Positions 11,043 through 18,866 of a stretch of 24,000 nt of DNA are shown piece by piece. The notes below the pieces were generated by a model. The model made no database searches. It worked only from the letters and a program-made list of their open reading frames with translations, and was not told where the DNA came from. The stretch is from positions 113,137 to 137,136 of the forward strand of contig NZ_CYZX01000003.1 in assembly GCF_001405015.1 (NCBI RefSeq), given 5' to 3'. Each line of letters starts with the position of its first letter. Position 1 is the stretch's first letter. The stretch comes from Clostridium disporicum. GTDB lineage: Bacteria > Bacillota > Clostridia > Clostridiales > Clostridiaceae. The position numbers were made by a program, and so were the translations under genes.

Positions 11043-11913
11043 GACTCTCCCCCTTATTAGTCAAGTATATGAATAACTTTTGAAGCTCTACCTTTGAAAA
11101 TTCTAAACCTAGATTTTCTGCTAACTCCTTATCTTTGTTATTAATCTCACCTAAAACTGTAACTGATTTATAATTGCTTAATGATTCAATATTTACAATC
11201 TCCTTAGCTTCAATATATTTATCAACATTTTGACCTAACCCTGATACTGTATAAACCTTGTTTAATAATTCTTCTGATTCTTCTGTATTAACTATCTTTC
11301 TATCATTTAATATAACTACATTTTCTAAAAGGCTAGAAACCTCCTCAATAATGTGAGTTGATAATATTATAGTCTTCGGATTTTCAATATAATCCTTCAT
11401 TAGCTCCTTATAAAATAATTCTCTATGATTTGCATCTAACCCAAGGACCGGCTCATCGTAAATTACAATCTCTGCATTTGATGCCATAGCAGTTATAATC
11501 TTAGCTATCGAACTATAACCTGTTGAAAGATTCTTTATTTTTTTACTTATATCAAGGTCAAACTTTTTAGAAAGCTCTAAGGCATATGACATATTAAAGT
11601 TTGGATAAAACTCTTTTGTATATTTAAATATATCCTTTACCTTATAGCCTTCTGGAAAAAGGTTTCTCTCTGTCATAAAGTATATTTTTTCTAAAGCTTT
11701 ATCATTTTCACGAATATTTTCACCATCAACTTCTACAGTTCCATCATCTTGAAAAACTCTATTTGTAATTATATTTAAAAGAGTAGTTTTCCCAGCTCCA
11801 TTTCTGCCTAACACCCCATAAATTTTATTTTCTTCAAAAGTAAGCGAAATATCATCTAGCACTAAATTATCATCATATTTTTTTCTTAAATTTTTTATTT
11901 CTATCTTTGCCAT
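11032..11913 (-). CDS. ABC transporter ATP-binding protein
   Basis: Walker A GRNGAGKTT, signature-like LSTGYSS, Walker B IVIYDEP and an H-loop STH. Confidence 0.9.
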   Translation of the reverse strand: MAKIEIKNLRKKYDDNLVLDDISLTFEENKIYGVLGRNGAGKTTLLNIITNRVFQDDGTVEVDGENIRENDKALEKIYFMTERNLFPEGYKVKDIFKYTKEFYPNFNMSYALELSKKFDLDISKKIKNLSTGYSSIAKIITAMASNAEIVIYDEPVLGLDANHRELFYKELMKDYIENPKTIILSTHIIEEVSSLLENVVILNDRKIVNTEESEELLNKVYTVSGLGQNVDKYIEAKEIVNIESLSNYKSVTVLGEINNKDKELAENLGLEFSKVELQKLFIYLTNKGESHGE

Positions 11914-11916
11914 ATC

Positions 11917-12279
11917 TTATTCCTCTCTCTCAATCATCTTTATAATATCTTCTTTAGAGATATTAAGTTTTTTTGCCTCTTCAATTAAAGCTACAATGTA
12001 ATCCTTAAAAAATCTCTCTTTTCTTTTATTCATAAGTAAGTCTTTGCTACCCTCTGCTACAAACATACCTATACCTCTCTTTTTATAAATAATTCCTTCA
12101 TCAACAAGAATATTAAATCCTTTTCCAACAGTTGCTGGATTAATTTTATACTTTACAGATATCTCTGTAGTTGATGGAATCATCTCATTTTCTTTAAAAA
12201 TATCTTTTAATATATTATCTTCAATAGCCTGTGCAATCTGGATATATATAGGTACATCATTAGTAAACTCTAAATTCAT
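11917..12279 (-). CDS. GntR family transcriptional regulator, short YtrA-like subfamily
   Basis: 120 aa. Winged-helix motif PSTTEISVKYKINPATVGKGFNILVDEGIIYKKRGIGMFV. It is the first gene of an ABC exporter operon, as in YtrA-type systems. AGGAGG RBS. Confidence 0.85.
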   Translation of the reverse strand: MNLEFTNDVPIYIQIAQAIEDNILKDIFKENEMIPSTTEISVKYKINPATVGKGFNILVDEGIIYKKRGIGMFVAEGSKDLLMNKRKERFFKDYIVALIEEAKKLNISKEDIIKMIEREE

Positions 12280-12316
12280 ACGTCGCCTCCTATACCTTTA
12301 TAATTTAATATATTCA

Positions 12317-12358
12317 ACTATAGTTAATTAGTTCATTGCTTATATAATTAACTATAGT
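12317..12358 (-). promoter_or_regulatory. Candidate operator of the GntR/YtrA-ABC operon (perfect 14-bp inverted repeat)
   Basis: ACTATAGTTAATTA (12317-12330) and its exact reverse complement TAATTAACTATAGT (12345-12358) are separated by 14 nt. The repeat lies 38-79 nt upstream of the regulator ATG. Confidence 0.5.
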
Positions 12359-12540
12359 ACTAACTTACTTTATTGTAAATATTTTACTTATATTTCTTTT
12401 AATAAATCATATTTCATTTTTAGACATTCTTCTTAGTTCACTTTATAAAATTTAGATATTTAGTGAAGCTCTTTACACCTTGTAATAAATTCAATTATTT
12501 CTTTATTAATAACGTAGAATAAATATATAAAGTTTTTAAA

Positions 12541-12584
12541 CAAAAAAAGACCTAGAGCTTTTTTTAGGGGATTAAGCTCTAGGT
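12541..12584 (-). terminator. Rho-independent terminator downstream of hsdR
   Basis: Perfect 11-bp stem acctagagctt (12550-12560) / aagctctaggt (12574-12584). On the minus strand it is followed by CTTTTTTTTG. Confidence 0.7.
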
Positions 12585-12710
12585 TATTTTCAATATTAAA
12601 ATTTTACAAAAGGTTATTTATTTAGGGGACATAATAATTTATTAATTACTACAAGATTTATAATACTCTTTATTTATGTCAATTATGTGACGTAAATTTA
12701 AATTATTTTT

Positions 12711-15700
12711 TTATATAACTTCTGCATTTAATTTTATTTCATTTATAATCTTCATAATTCTTCTTGCATCATCCATGTTATCCTTAAATAACGTAGTTAT
12801 ACTTCCTACTGTTCTAAATGGGTCTTCCTGAAGGATTCTATTATCTTCTATAAATCCGTTAGCAACTACATAATCAACTATAAGCTTAACAAAGTGGATT
12901 TGCTTAGTATTAAGATTCTCATTATTTAAAAACTCTGAAAATGCTTCATTAGCTGCTTGCCTGTCTAATCCTAATACTTTTCTCACAAGCTTACTTACAG
13001 GCATATTACCAAATTCTTTTTCATAATCAGCATTTGAGCCTAACTCATTCCACATAATAGCTTCTAAACTTTCTAAATCTTGCTTAGTAAGCTTTTTATT
13101 ATTTCTAAGATTAAATATAGCTAAATCATCTTTATGCTGATTTAAATAATGCTCAACTTTTTTTCTATAATTTTTAAGGTCATTAGCATTATACATTGCA
13201 TCATTTGATTCTTCATGAACTATAAAGTCTTCAAACTTAGTATAATAAATGGTTTGACCTGTTCTTTGAATATACTTTAGTAATTCCCTTAAAGCATCTC
13301 TAACTTCTTCAATCTCGAATATGTCTGTACTTTCCCAGAATTCCTCTGTCTTTACTTTCTCGATAATATACTTCTTTTCCTGAACCTGAGGAATAGTTCC
13401 AAGCTTAGAAAGGTCTTCTGCTGTATTTATAACCATTCTAATAGGCTTAGTTGCATTACCTCCCTGTAAATAAGCAAGTTCTATTAGATACATTACTAAG
13501 TCAAATCTTTTTGCTAACTCATCATCTTTTAATGATGTTATTAAAGGAGAGATATTCTGCTTTATCTCATTTATATCCATACTTCCAAGAGCATTCCATC
13601 TTTCTCTATTCTTATATTTATGGACTGAACTTAAATTCATTCTTACCCTGAAGTTATCTTCATTTAAGCTTTCTACTGATTTTAAAACAGCATCTAATAA
13701 TTCTTTTCTATAACTTTGATATTCTTCATCAGAATATCTTATATCTTGTAACTCTTTTATTATTTCAACTTTTTTATTAAAAATCTTTTCCGTTAGAGAT
13801 TCGCCTAAAGCTCCATCAAAGCCTTTTGGATTAGCTCTAAAGAATTCAAAGTTATTACAGAAATCAAAGATTAAGAATTCCTCTTTATCTAGACCTACAC
13901 CTAATAAATCTTCACAAAGCCTTGTACCTCTACCTATCATCTGCCAGAACTTTGATTTACTTCTTACTTTTTTAAAAAATACAAGATTTAATATTTCAGG
14001 TATATCGATTCCTGTATCAAGCATATCAACAGATACAGCTACCTGTGGTTCCTTATTCTTATCTGAAAAATCATCAATAATAGTATCAACATATTTAATG
14101 CTATAATCCACAACCTTCATAAAGTTTGCACCATACTCAGGATATATTTTATTAAATCTATCAACTATAGCCTGTGCATGTCTATGGCTCTTTGCAAAGA
14201 TAATAGTCTTCCCTAACTTATCTCCACCTTCAACTCTTAAACCATTATCAATAAGCTTATTTAATACTATATCAATAGTTTTTTCATTGAATAACCAGTT
14301 ATTTATAGCTGAATTTGATATCTCTTTATCTACATTATCATCATCATCAAAAGTATCTTCAAACTGTGCTTTATCTTCTTCAGATAACTCATCATATTTA
14401 ATACCATCTTCCATAACCTTAGACTTAACTTCTAAAGTTTTATAATCAACAAGATATTTATCTTGAACTGCTTTCTCTAATTCATAAGCAAAGGTAGGCA
14501 CACCACTTTCAAGGTCAAAAATTGAATAAGTATTTTTATCTATTTCATCCTTAGGGGTAGCCGTTAACCCTAAAAGCATAGAATCAAAGTAATCGAATAT
14601 AGCTCTATACTTTTTATAAATACTTCTATGTGATTCGTCTACTATTATTAAATCAAAATGACCAGGAGTGAATAACTTCTTACCGTCCTTAGTCTTTGTA
14701 TCATCTATAGCATTCATCATTGTAGGATAAGTTGAAAATATCATTCTTGATTCTTCTGGATTATCCTTATTATCTAAAAGATTACATAATGAAAGGTCTG
14801 GCAATAACTTTGAAAAGTTGTTCTTAGCCTGTTTAACTAATGCAGTTCTATCAGCTAAGAATAAAACATTCTTAATCCAGTTATGCTTTGCAAGTACATC
14901 TACTATAGAGATAGCAGTTCTTGTCTTTCCTGAACCTGTAGCCATAACTAAAAGCATTTTTCTTTGATTTGTGCTTAAAGATTCGCATACAGAAATTATT
15001 GCTTCCTTCTGATAATATCTGTTTGAAATATTGTCATTTATCTTAACATCATTAAAAGGCTTTCTAGAAACTCTTCTATCCACCATAAGCTGAAGCTCAT
15101 CTTTAGTAAAGAATCCGTAAACTCTTCTTTCAGAATACTTGTTATAATCATCCCATATATAAGTTTCAAATCCATTTGTAAAGAATATTACAGGTCTTTG
15201 CCCATACTGTTTTTCTAAACAGTCAGCATAAAGTTTTGCCTGTTGTTGTCCATCTTTAGGGTCTTTACTACTTCTCTTAGCTTCAACAACAGCTATAGGC
15301 TTGCCATTAGCTCCATAAAGTACATAATCAACAAATCCCACACCAGTTTCATTTGGCATTCCATGAACTTCTAACTCTTCTTCAATATCCTTATTAAACT
15401 CCCAGCCTGCAAGCTTAAGCTCAATATCAATATATCTCTTTCTAGTTTCAAATTCACTTATTTCATCTATATTAAAATCATAATTCTTAGCTTTAGCTTC
15501 TCTCTTCTTTGAAAGCTCTTTTCTTAAATCTTCATTCTGCTTTACAATCTCTTCTAATTTTTTATCCTTAGCACTTAGCTTTTCATAAAGATCCTTAAGC
15601 TCTTCAGGTCTAGTTCTCTTCTCTTCACCTTCTAATAAAATATCCTCGTCAAATGGTTCTGCCTTATAATCTCCATAACAATAATCTATCCAAGAAACAA

Positions 15701-16052
15701 ATTGATGAAGATTATGAAGTGCTAAAACAGCCTCTCCTCTTTTAATATTAGAATTAGTATGAACTGCAACATTTCCAAGCTTAACTATGTACTTAATAAG
15801 CGGTAGAAGTTTTGAATCTATAGTCTCAATAAAATTATTATCATAAATAAGACTTGATAAATTATCTTGATATGGAACATTTAAACTCTCATCAAAGCTA
15901 TATACCCATTTAACAGCTAACTCCAAAGCTCTTCTAGTAAGAATTGCACAAGTAGCTGGACTTACTAAAATACTCTTTTCAGCTTCTACACATGCAGTAT
16001 AAAAGCTCTTAAATATATCATTATCCTTTAAAAACTTAAAATTTCCGCCCAT
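12711..16052 (-). CDS. hsdR: Type I restriction endonuclease R subunit (HsdR) with an extra N-terminal DUF4145-like helical domain and an EcoEI-type C-terminal domain
   Basis: PD-(D/E)XK nuclease motif GFVDYVLY...IAVVEAKR; SF2 motor Walker A MATGSGKTRTA and DEAH-box IVDESHRS; QMIGRGTRL motif VI; C-terminal tail ending in a helical domain. GGGGA RBS. Confidence 0.92.
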   Translation of the reverse strand: MGGNFKFLKDNDIFKSFYTACVEAEKSILVSPATCAILTRRALELAVKWVYSFDESLNVPYQDNLSSLIYDNNFIETIDSKLLPLIKYIVKLGNVAVHTNSNIKRGEAVLALHNLHQFVSWIDYCYGDYKAEPFDEDILLEGEEKRTRPEELKDLYEKLSAKDKKLEEIVKQNEDLRKELSKKREAKAKNYDFNIDEISEFETRKRYIDIELKLAGWEFNKDIEEELEVHGMPNETGVGFVDYVLYGANGKPIAVVEAKRSSKDPKDGQQQAKLYADCLEKQYGQRPVIFFTNGFETYIWDDYNKYSERRVYGFFTKDELQLMVDRRVSRKPFNDVKINDNISNRYYQKEAIISVCESLSTNQRKMLLVMATGSGKTRTAISIVDVLAKHNWIKNVLFLADRTALVKQAKNNFSKLLPDLSLCNLLDNKDNPEESRMIFSTYPTMMNAIDDTKTKDGKKLFTPGHFDLIIVDESHRSIYKKYRAIFDYFDSMLLGLTATPKDEIDKNTYSIFDLESGVPTFAYELEKAVQDKYLVDYKTLEVKSKVMEDGIKYDELSEEDKAQFEDTFDDDDNVDKEISNSAINNWLFNEKTIDIVLNKLIDNGLRVEGGDKLGKTIIFAKSHRHAQAIVDRFNKIYPEYGANFMKVVDYSIKYVDTIIDDFSDKNKEPQVAVSVDMLDTGIDIPEILNLVFFKKVRSKSKFWQMIGRGTRLCEDLLGVGLDKEEFLIFDFCNNFEFFRANPKGFDGALGESLTEKIFNKKVEIIKELQDIRYSDEEYQSYRKELLDAVLKSVESLNEDNFRVRMNLSSVHKYKNRERWNALGSMDINEIKQNISPLITSLKDDELAKRFDLVMYLIELAYLQGGNATKPIRMVINTAEDLSKLGTIPQVQEKKYIIEKVKTEEFWESTDIFEIEEVRDALRELLKYIQRTGQTIYYTKFEDFIVHEESNDAMYNANDLKNYRKKVEHYLNQHKDDLAIFNLRNNKKLTKQDLESLEAIMWNELGSNADYEKEFGNMPVSKLVRKVLGLDRQAANEAFSEFLNNENLNTKQIHFVKLIVDYVVANGFIEDNRILQEDPFRTVGSITTLFKDNMDDARRIMKIINEIKLNAEVI

Positions 16053-16099
16053 GATTATCCCCTTAATTTTTTTAACATTATCCTAAGATAAGTATTTAA

Positions 16100-16115
16100 T
16101 TAAATTATATCATAG
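16100..16115 (-). promoter_or_regulatory. Putative hsdR promoter, extended -10 (TGATATAAT)
   Basis: The minus strand reads CTATGATATAATTTAA, about 50 nt upstream of the hsdR ATG. The same 16-mer recurs upstream of hsdM. Confidence 0.45.
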
Positions 16116-16197
16116 ATTGTACTTTTTAATCGTCAAAAAAACAAAAAGGCACATTATACTGGCGCCTAATCATCAATTGGGATTTCTTTTATTTTAC

Positions 16198-16218
16198 TTG
16201 GTGATATCCTCTCACCAA
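16198..16218 (-). terminator. Weak hairpin just after the Rpn-family gene stop
   Basis: 7-bp stem ttggtga / tcaccaa with a 7-nt loop. The T-tract on the minus strand is poor (GTAAAATAAAAG), so termination is probably leaky at best. Confidence 0.25.
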
Positions 16219-16221
16219 ATC

Positions 16222-17073
16222 TTATTTACAGTTATCTTCTCTTAATTTTTTTACTTCATCAATATCTAACCCTATCTTTTCTGATATAGTTTCATCATCA
16301 AGTATATCTAATAAAGAAATAGCATTTTTTATTTTCTCTTTCATGCTACCTCTTGCTTCTGCAGTATTAATCATATTGGCTCTTTCATGAAGCGACCTCT
16401 CTCTTTCCCAATAAATACTCATAGTATCCTCATCACTACTTAAGTACTCAATTCTCTTTTCAGCCTTTTCTATAGCAGGTTCCAAATTCATCAACTCCCT
16501 CAAAGTTGTTTCTGGTATATCCTTCTCTAAAAATGCTAACCATCTTTCAATAGCATTATCTTTATAGTTCTTATTTTGCTTACGCCTAAACTTAGGTAAC
16601 TCTAAAAAATGTATTTCAACCATATCAGTTAGCATATAATCTTTTTCAATATCCTCCCAAAGGTGAAATGATGATTGATAACCTTCCGTATTTAAGTAAT
16701 CAAAATCTAATATGTTTATTGTAATTACTTTTTCAAGCTTAGTATAGTCATCACCTTGTTTAATATTCTCAAGATACATCTTTCCCCAATAGAATAAAGT
16801 TCTTTTATCCATATTCCCTTGGTCAGTCAACTGCACCTCTATATCAATATTTTCACCTTTAGCAGTTCGTGCTCTTACATCTATTATACCAGTTTTATCA
16901 TTTATGACTTCTTTAGTTAATTGCTTATTATCTATAATTTCAATTTCTATTATCGGTTCTTTATTAGTTCTTTTTAATACTGCATTAATGAATGATATTA
17001 AGATATCTTCATTACCTTTTTCACCAAACACTTTTTTAAAAATGAAGTCATTTAGTGGTTTAATTTTTCTCAT
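16222..17073 (-). CDS. Rpn-family recombination-promoting nuclease / PD-(D/E)XK putative transposase (YhgA-like, PDDEXK_2)
   Basis: N-terminal MRKIKPLNDFIFKKVFGEKGNEDILISFINAVL is the family hallmark. Nuclease core GIIDVRARTAKGENIDIEVQL shows the D...E-x-Q pattern. Start moved to the ATG at 17073, because GAGGTG lies 6 nt upstream while the ORF-track start is a GTG inside that RBS. Confidence 0.8.
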   Translation of the reverse strand: MRKIKPLNDFIFKKVFGEKGNEDILISFINAVLKRTNKEPIIEIEIIDNKQLTKEVINDKTGIIDVRARTAKGENIDIEVQLTDQGNMDKRTLFYWGKMYLENIKQGDDYTKLEKVITINILDFDYLNTEGYQSSFHLWEDIEKDYMLTDMVEIHFLELPKFRRKQNKNYKDNAIERWLAFLEKDIPETTLRELMNLEPAIEKAEKRIEYLSSDEDTMSIYWERERSLHERANMINTAEARGSMKEKIKNAISLLDILDDETISEKIGLDIDEVKKLREDNCK

Positions 17074-17147
17074 TATATTCACCTCATAGGTTTTATCTTT
17101 AGTTTAAATTGTTGACTTATCTTAAAGTTTATAAACATCACTTTTTT

Positions 17148-17693
17148 CTATGATAAATTATATTCTAATAAGTCATTATTTATCTTTATATTTCCATATT
17201 TTAAATTTTTATTTAGAAATTCTCTAGCATATGGTTGTAAATTATACGCAAAACTTGAACCACTCCTACTAATAGTTGATGCTAAATATATTATTTTCTT
17301 ATTCTCTAAAGCAGCCTTTCTTCCATCCGAATAACTTATATATCCTGATGATTTAAATATCTTATTTGTATCATCATAAAATGTTTTAATAATTAGTTGC
17401 ATCTCATCGGGGCTAATTTGATTTTTCATATATTTAATAGCTATTTTCTTTGAATTTATTAATTTACTAACCATCATCTCACTTATAAATACTATTATAC
17501 TTAATATATAATATGCAGATGCTATAATAAGTCCTAAACTAATATATACTTGATACTTTTCTTTAAACTCTCCTAGATACATCAATTCTATTATATTTTT
17601 AGGTAATATAGTTATTAATAATGTTGTAAAAAATACTACTCCAACAAGCTCTTTAATTTTAAACTTATCTACTATCGTTTTTATTAATTCCAT
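17148..17693 (-). CDS. Small 2-TM membrane protein, tentatively superinfection-exclusion B (SieB)-like
   Basis: TM1 is around aa 16-31 and TM2 around aa 48-75, followed by a soluble tail of about 105 aa (ISPDEMQLIIKTFY...ENKKIIYL...YNLQPYAREFL). Layout and size recall Firmicute SieB-family proteins, but this rests on memory only. GGGGG RBS. Starts 41 nt after the hsdS stop, with no hairpin between. Confidence 0.4.
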   Translation of the reverse strand: MELIKTIVDKFKIKELVGVVFFTTLLITILPKNIIELMYLGEFKEKYQVYISLGLIIASAYYILSIIVFISEMMVSKLINSKKIAIKYMKNQISPDEMQLIIKTFYDDTNKIFKSSGYISYSDGRKAALENKKIIYLASTISRSGSSFAYNLQPYAREFLNKNLKYGNIKINNDLLEYNLS

Positions 17694-17734
17694 TTATCCC
17701 CCTATATATTTTTATTAAGTTAATATCTTATCAA

Positions 17735-18862
17735 TTAAAATAACTCTCCTTTGAATGCTTTTTGCATTAATGAATTAAAGTTATCTTCTAATTCATTTAA
17801 ACTCTTTTCCATTTCAAGTTTTAATTTATCGACTTGTTCAACGAAATCAGCAAATTGATTTTGAAGCTCTATTGGTGGTACAATAACTTTTTGTTCACTC
17901 AATATTTTAAGGTTTATATTCTTTTGTGCTGACTCTGGTGCTGAATCTTCCAATATTTTTTGCAAGAATGACATCCAAAATTGAATAAACATATTATTAG
18001 TTTTTTCATTTGGAATGAAAGCAACTACACTATCTGGGAAACAAGCGTCAAAAGTTAATATACTTGTTTTTGCAATGTTAGCAGCAATAGTAATACATAA
18101 CGTTCCTTTATCCCACATTTTACTCTGCTTAAGTCCAAATTCTGAATAAGTCTGTGTATATTCTTTCAAATATATACCTGCATTTGCAATATCTCCTGTT
18201 TGAACTAAAGGATATGGACCACCTAATAATTCTGGAGCATTTCTTGGTCTATGTTTAGATTTCCCTCTTGCTAACTCACCTAACTCATTTAGCTTCTCTT
18301 TTTCCCATCCCTTTGAATTAGTAACTGGATCACCAAACATCTCGATAAATTGTGATTTAACTAATTCGTCTAAAGCTTCTATTTGTTCTTTTCTTTTATC
18401 TATTAATTCTTGTGCTTTATTTATAATATTTTTAATTTTTTTTTGAATTTCTAACGGTAACTTAGGTATCTCTAATTCTTCTAAAGACTCTCTCTGTATA
18501 TGTGGTATAGTAGCACCTGTGCATTTCTCTCTTAAATACGCTGATTTACTTCTAAGAAATAACCCGCAAAATTCTGTATCCATTTCATTATTATCTTTAG
18601 TTAACTTAGCTAGTGTACTTCCTATAGCTCCTTCTAAACCAAATCCTATAGTCCCAGCATTAGCTCCATCCCAAGCTATAATAATATCCTCTTTATTCAC
18701 TATTACATACTTTTTATCATTTTCACAATATTTTAAGTTAATATCATTTCTTAAATCATCTATTTGAATAAATCTTATGGAAGAATCCGTTCTTTCTTCT
18801 ACTTGTTCTACCTTCTTTCCTTTTGTTATTTTAAAAAGGTCCTTTATTTTAATATACTCCAT
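17735..18862 (-). CDS. hsdS: Type I restriction-modification specificity subunit (HsdS), two target-recognition domains
   Basis: Two TRD-like halves separated by the conserved helix LEIQKKIKNIINKAQELIDKRKEQIEALDELVKSQF, and ending with LQNQFADFVEQVDKLKLEMEKSLNELEDNFNSLMQKAF. Start moved to the ATG at 18862, 4 nt after the hsdM stop, with GGGGAG 7 nt upstream. Confidence 0.9.
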   Translation of the reverse strand: MEYIKIKDLFKITKGKKVEQVEERTDSSIRFIQIDDLRNDINLKYCENDKKYVIVNKEDIIIAWDGANAGTIGFGLEGAIGSTLAKLTKDNNEMDTEFCGLFLRSKSAYLREKCTGATIPHIQRESLEELEIPKLPLEIQKKIKNIINKAQELIDKRKEQIEALDELVKSQFIEMFGDPVTNSKGWEKEKLNELGELARGKSKHRPRNAPELLGGPYPLVQTGDIANAGIYLKEYTQTYSEFGLKQSKMWDKGTLCITIAANIAKTSILTFDACFPDSVVAFIPNEKTNNMFIQFWMSFLQKILEDSAPESAQKNINLKILSEQKVIVPPIELQNQFADFVEQVDKLKLEMEKSLNELEDNFNSLMQKAFKGELF

Positions 18863-18866
18863 ACCT

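Noticed and set aside
12420-12540. Possible att site or gene remnant in the long non-coding stretch between hsdR and the GntR operon.
   Set aside because: I saw only short, weak inverted repeats (for example ttcact/agtgaa), with no open frame and no tRNA-like structure. Without the other island end or a comparison genome, no att core can be called.
16222-17082. The Rpn/YhgA-like gene could be a bona fide IS element or transposase insertion.
   Set aside because: I found no terminal inverted repeats or target-site duplications in the flanks (16053-16221 and 17074-17147). Rpn-family proteins are nucleases rather than classical transposases. A discrete recent insertion cannot be excluded without comparative data.
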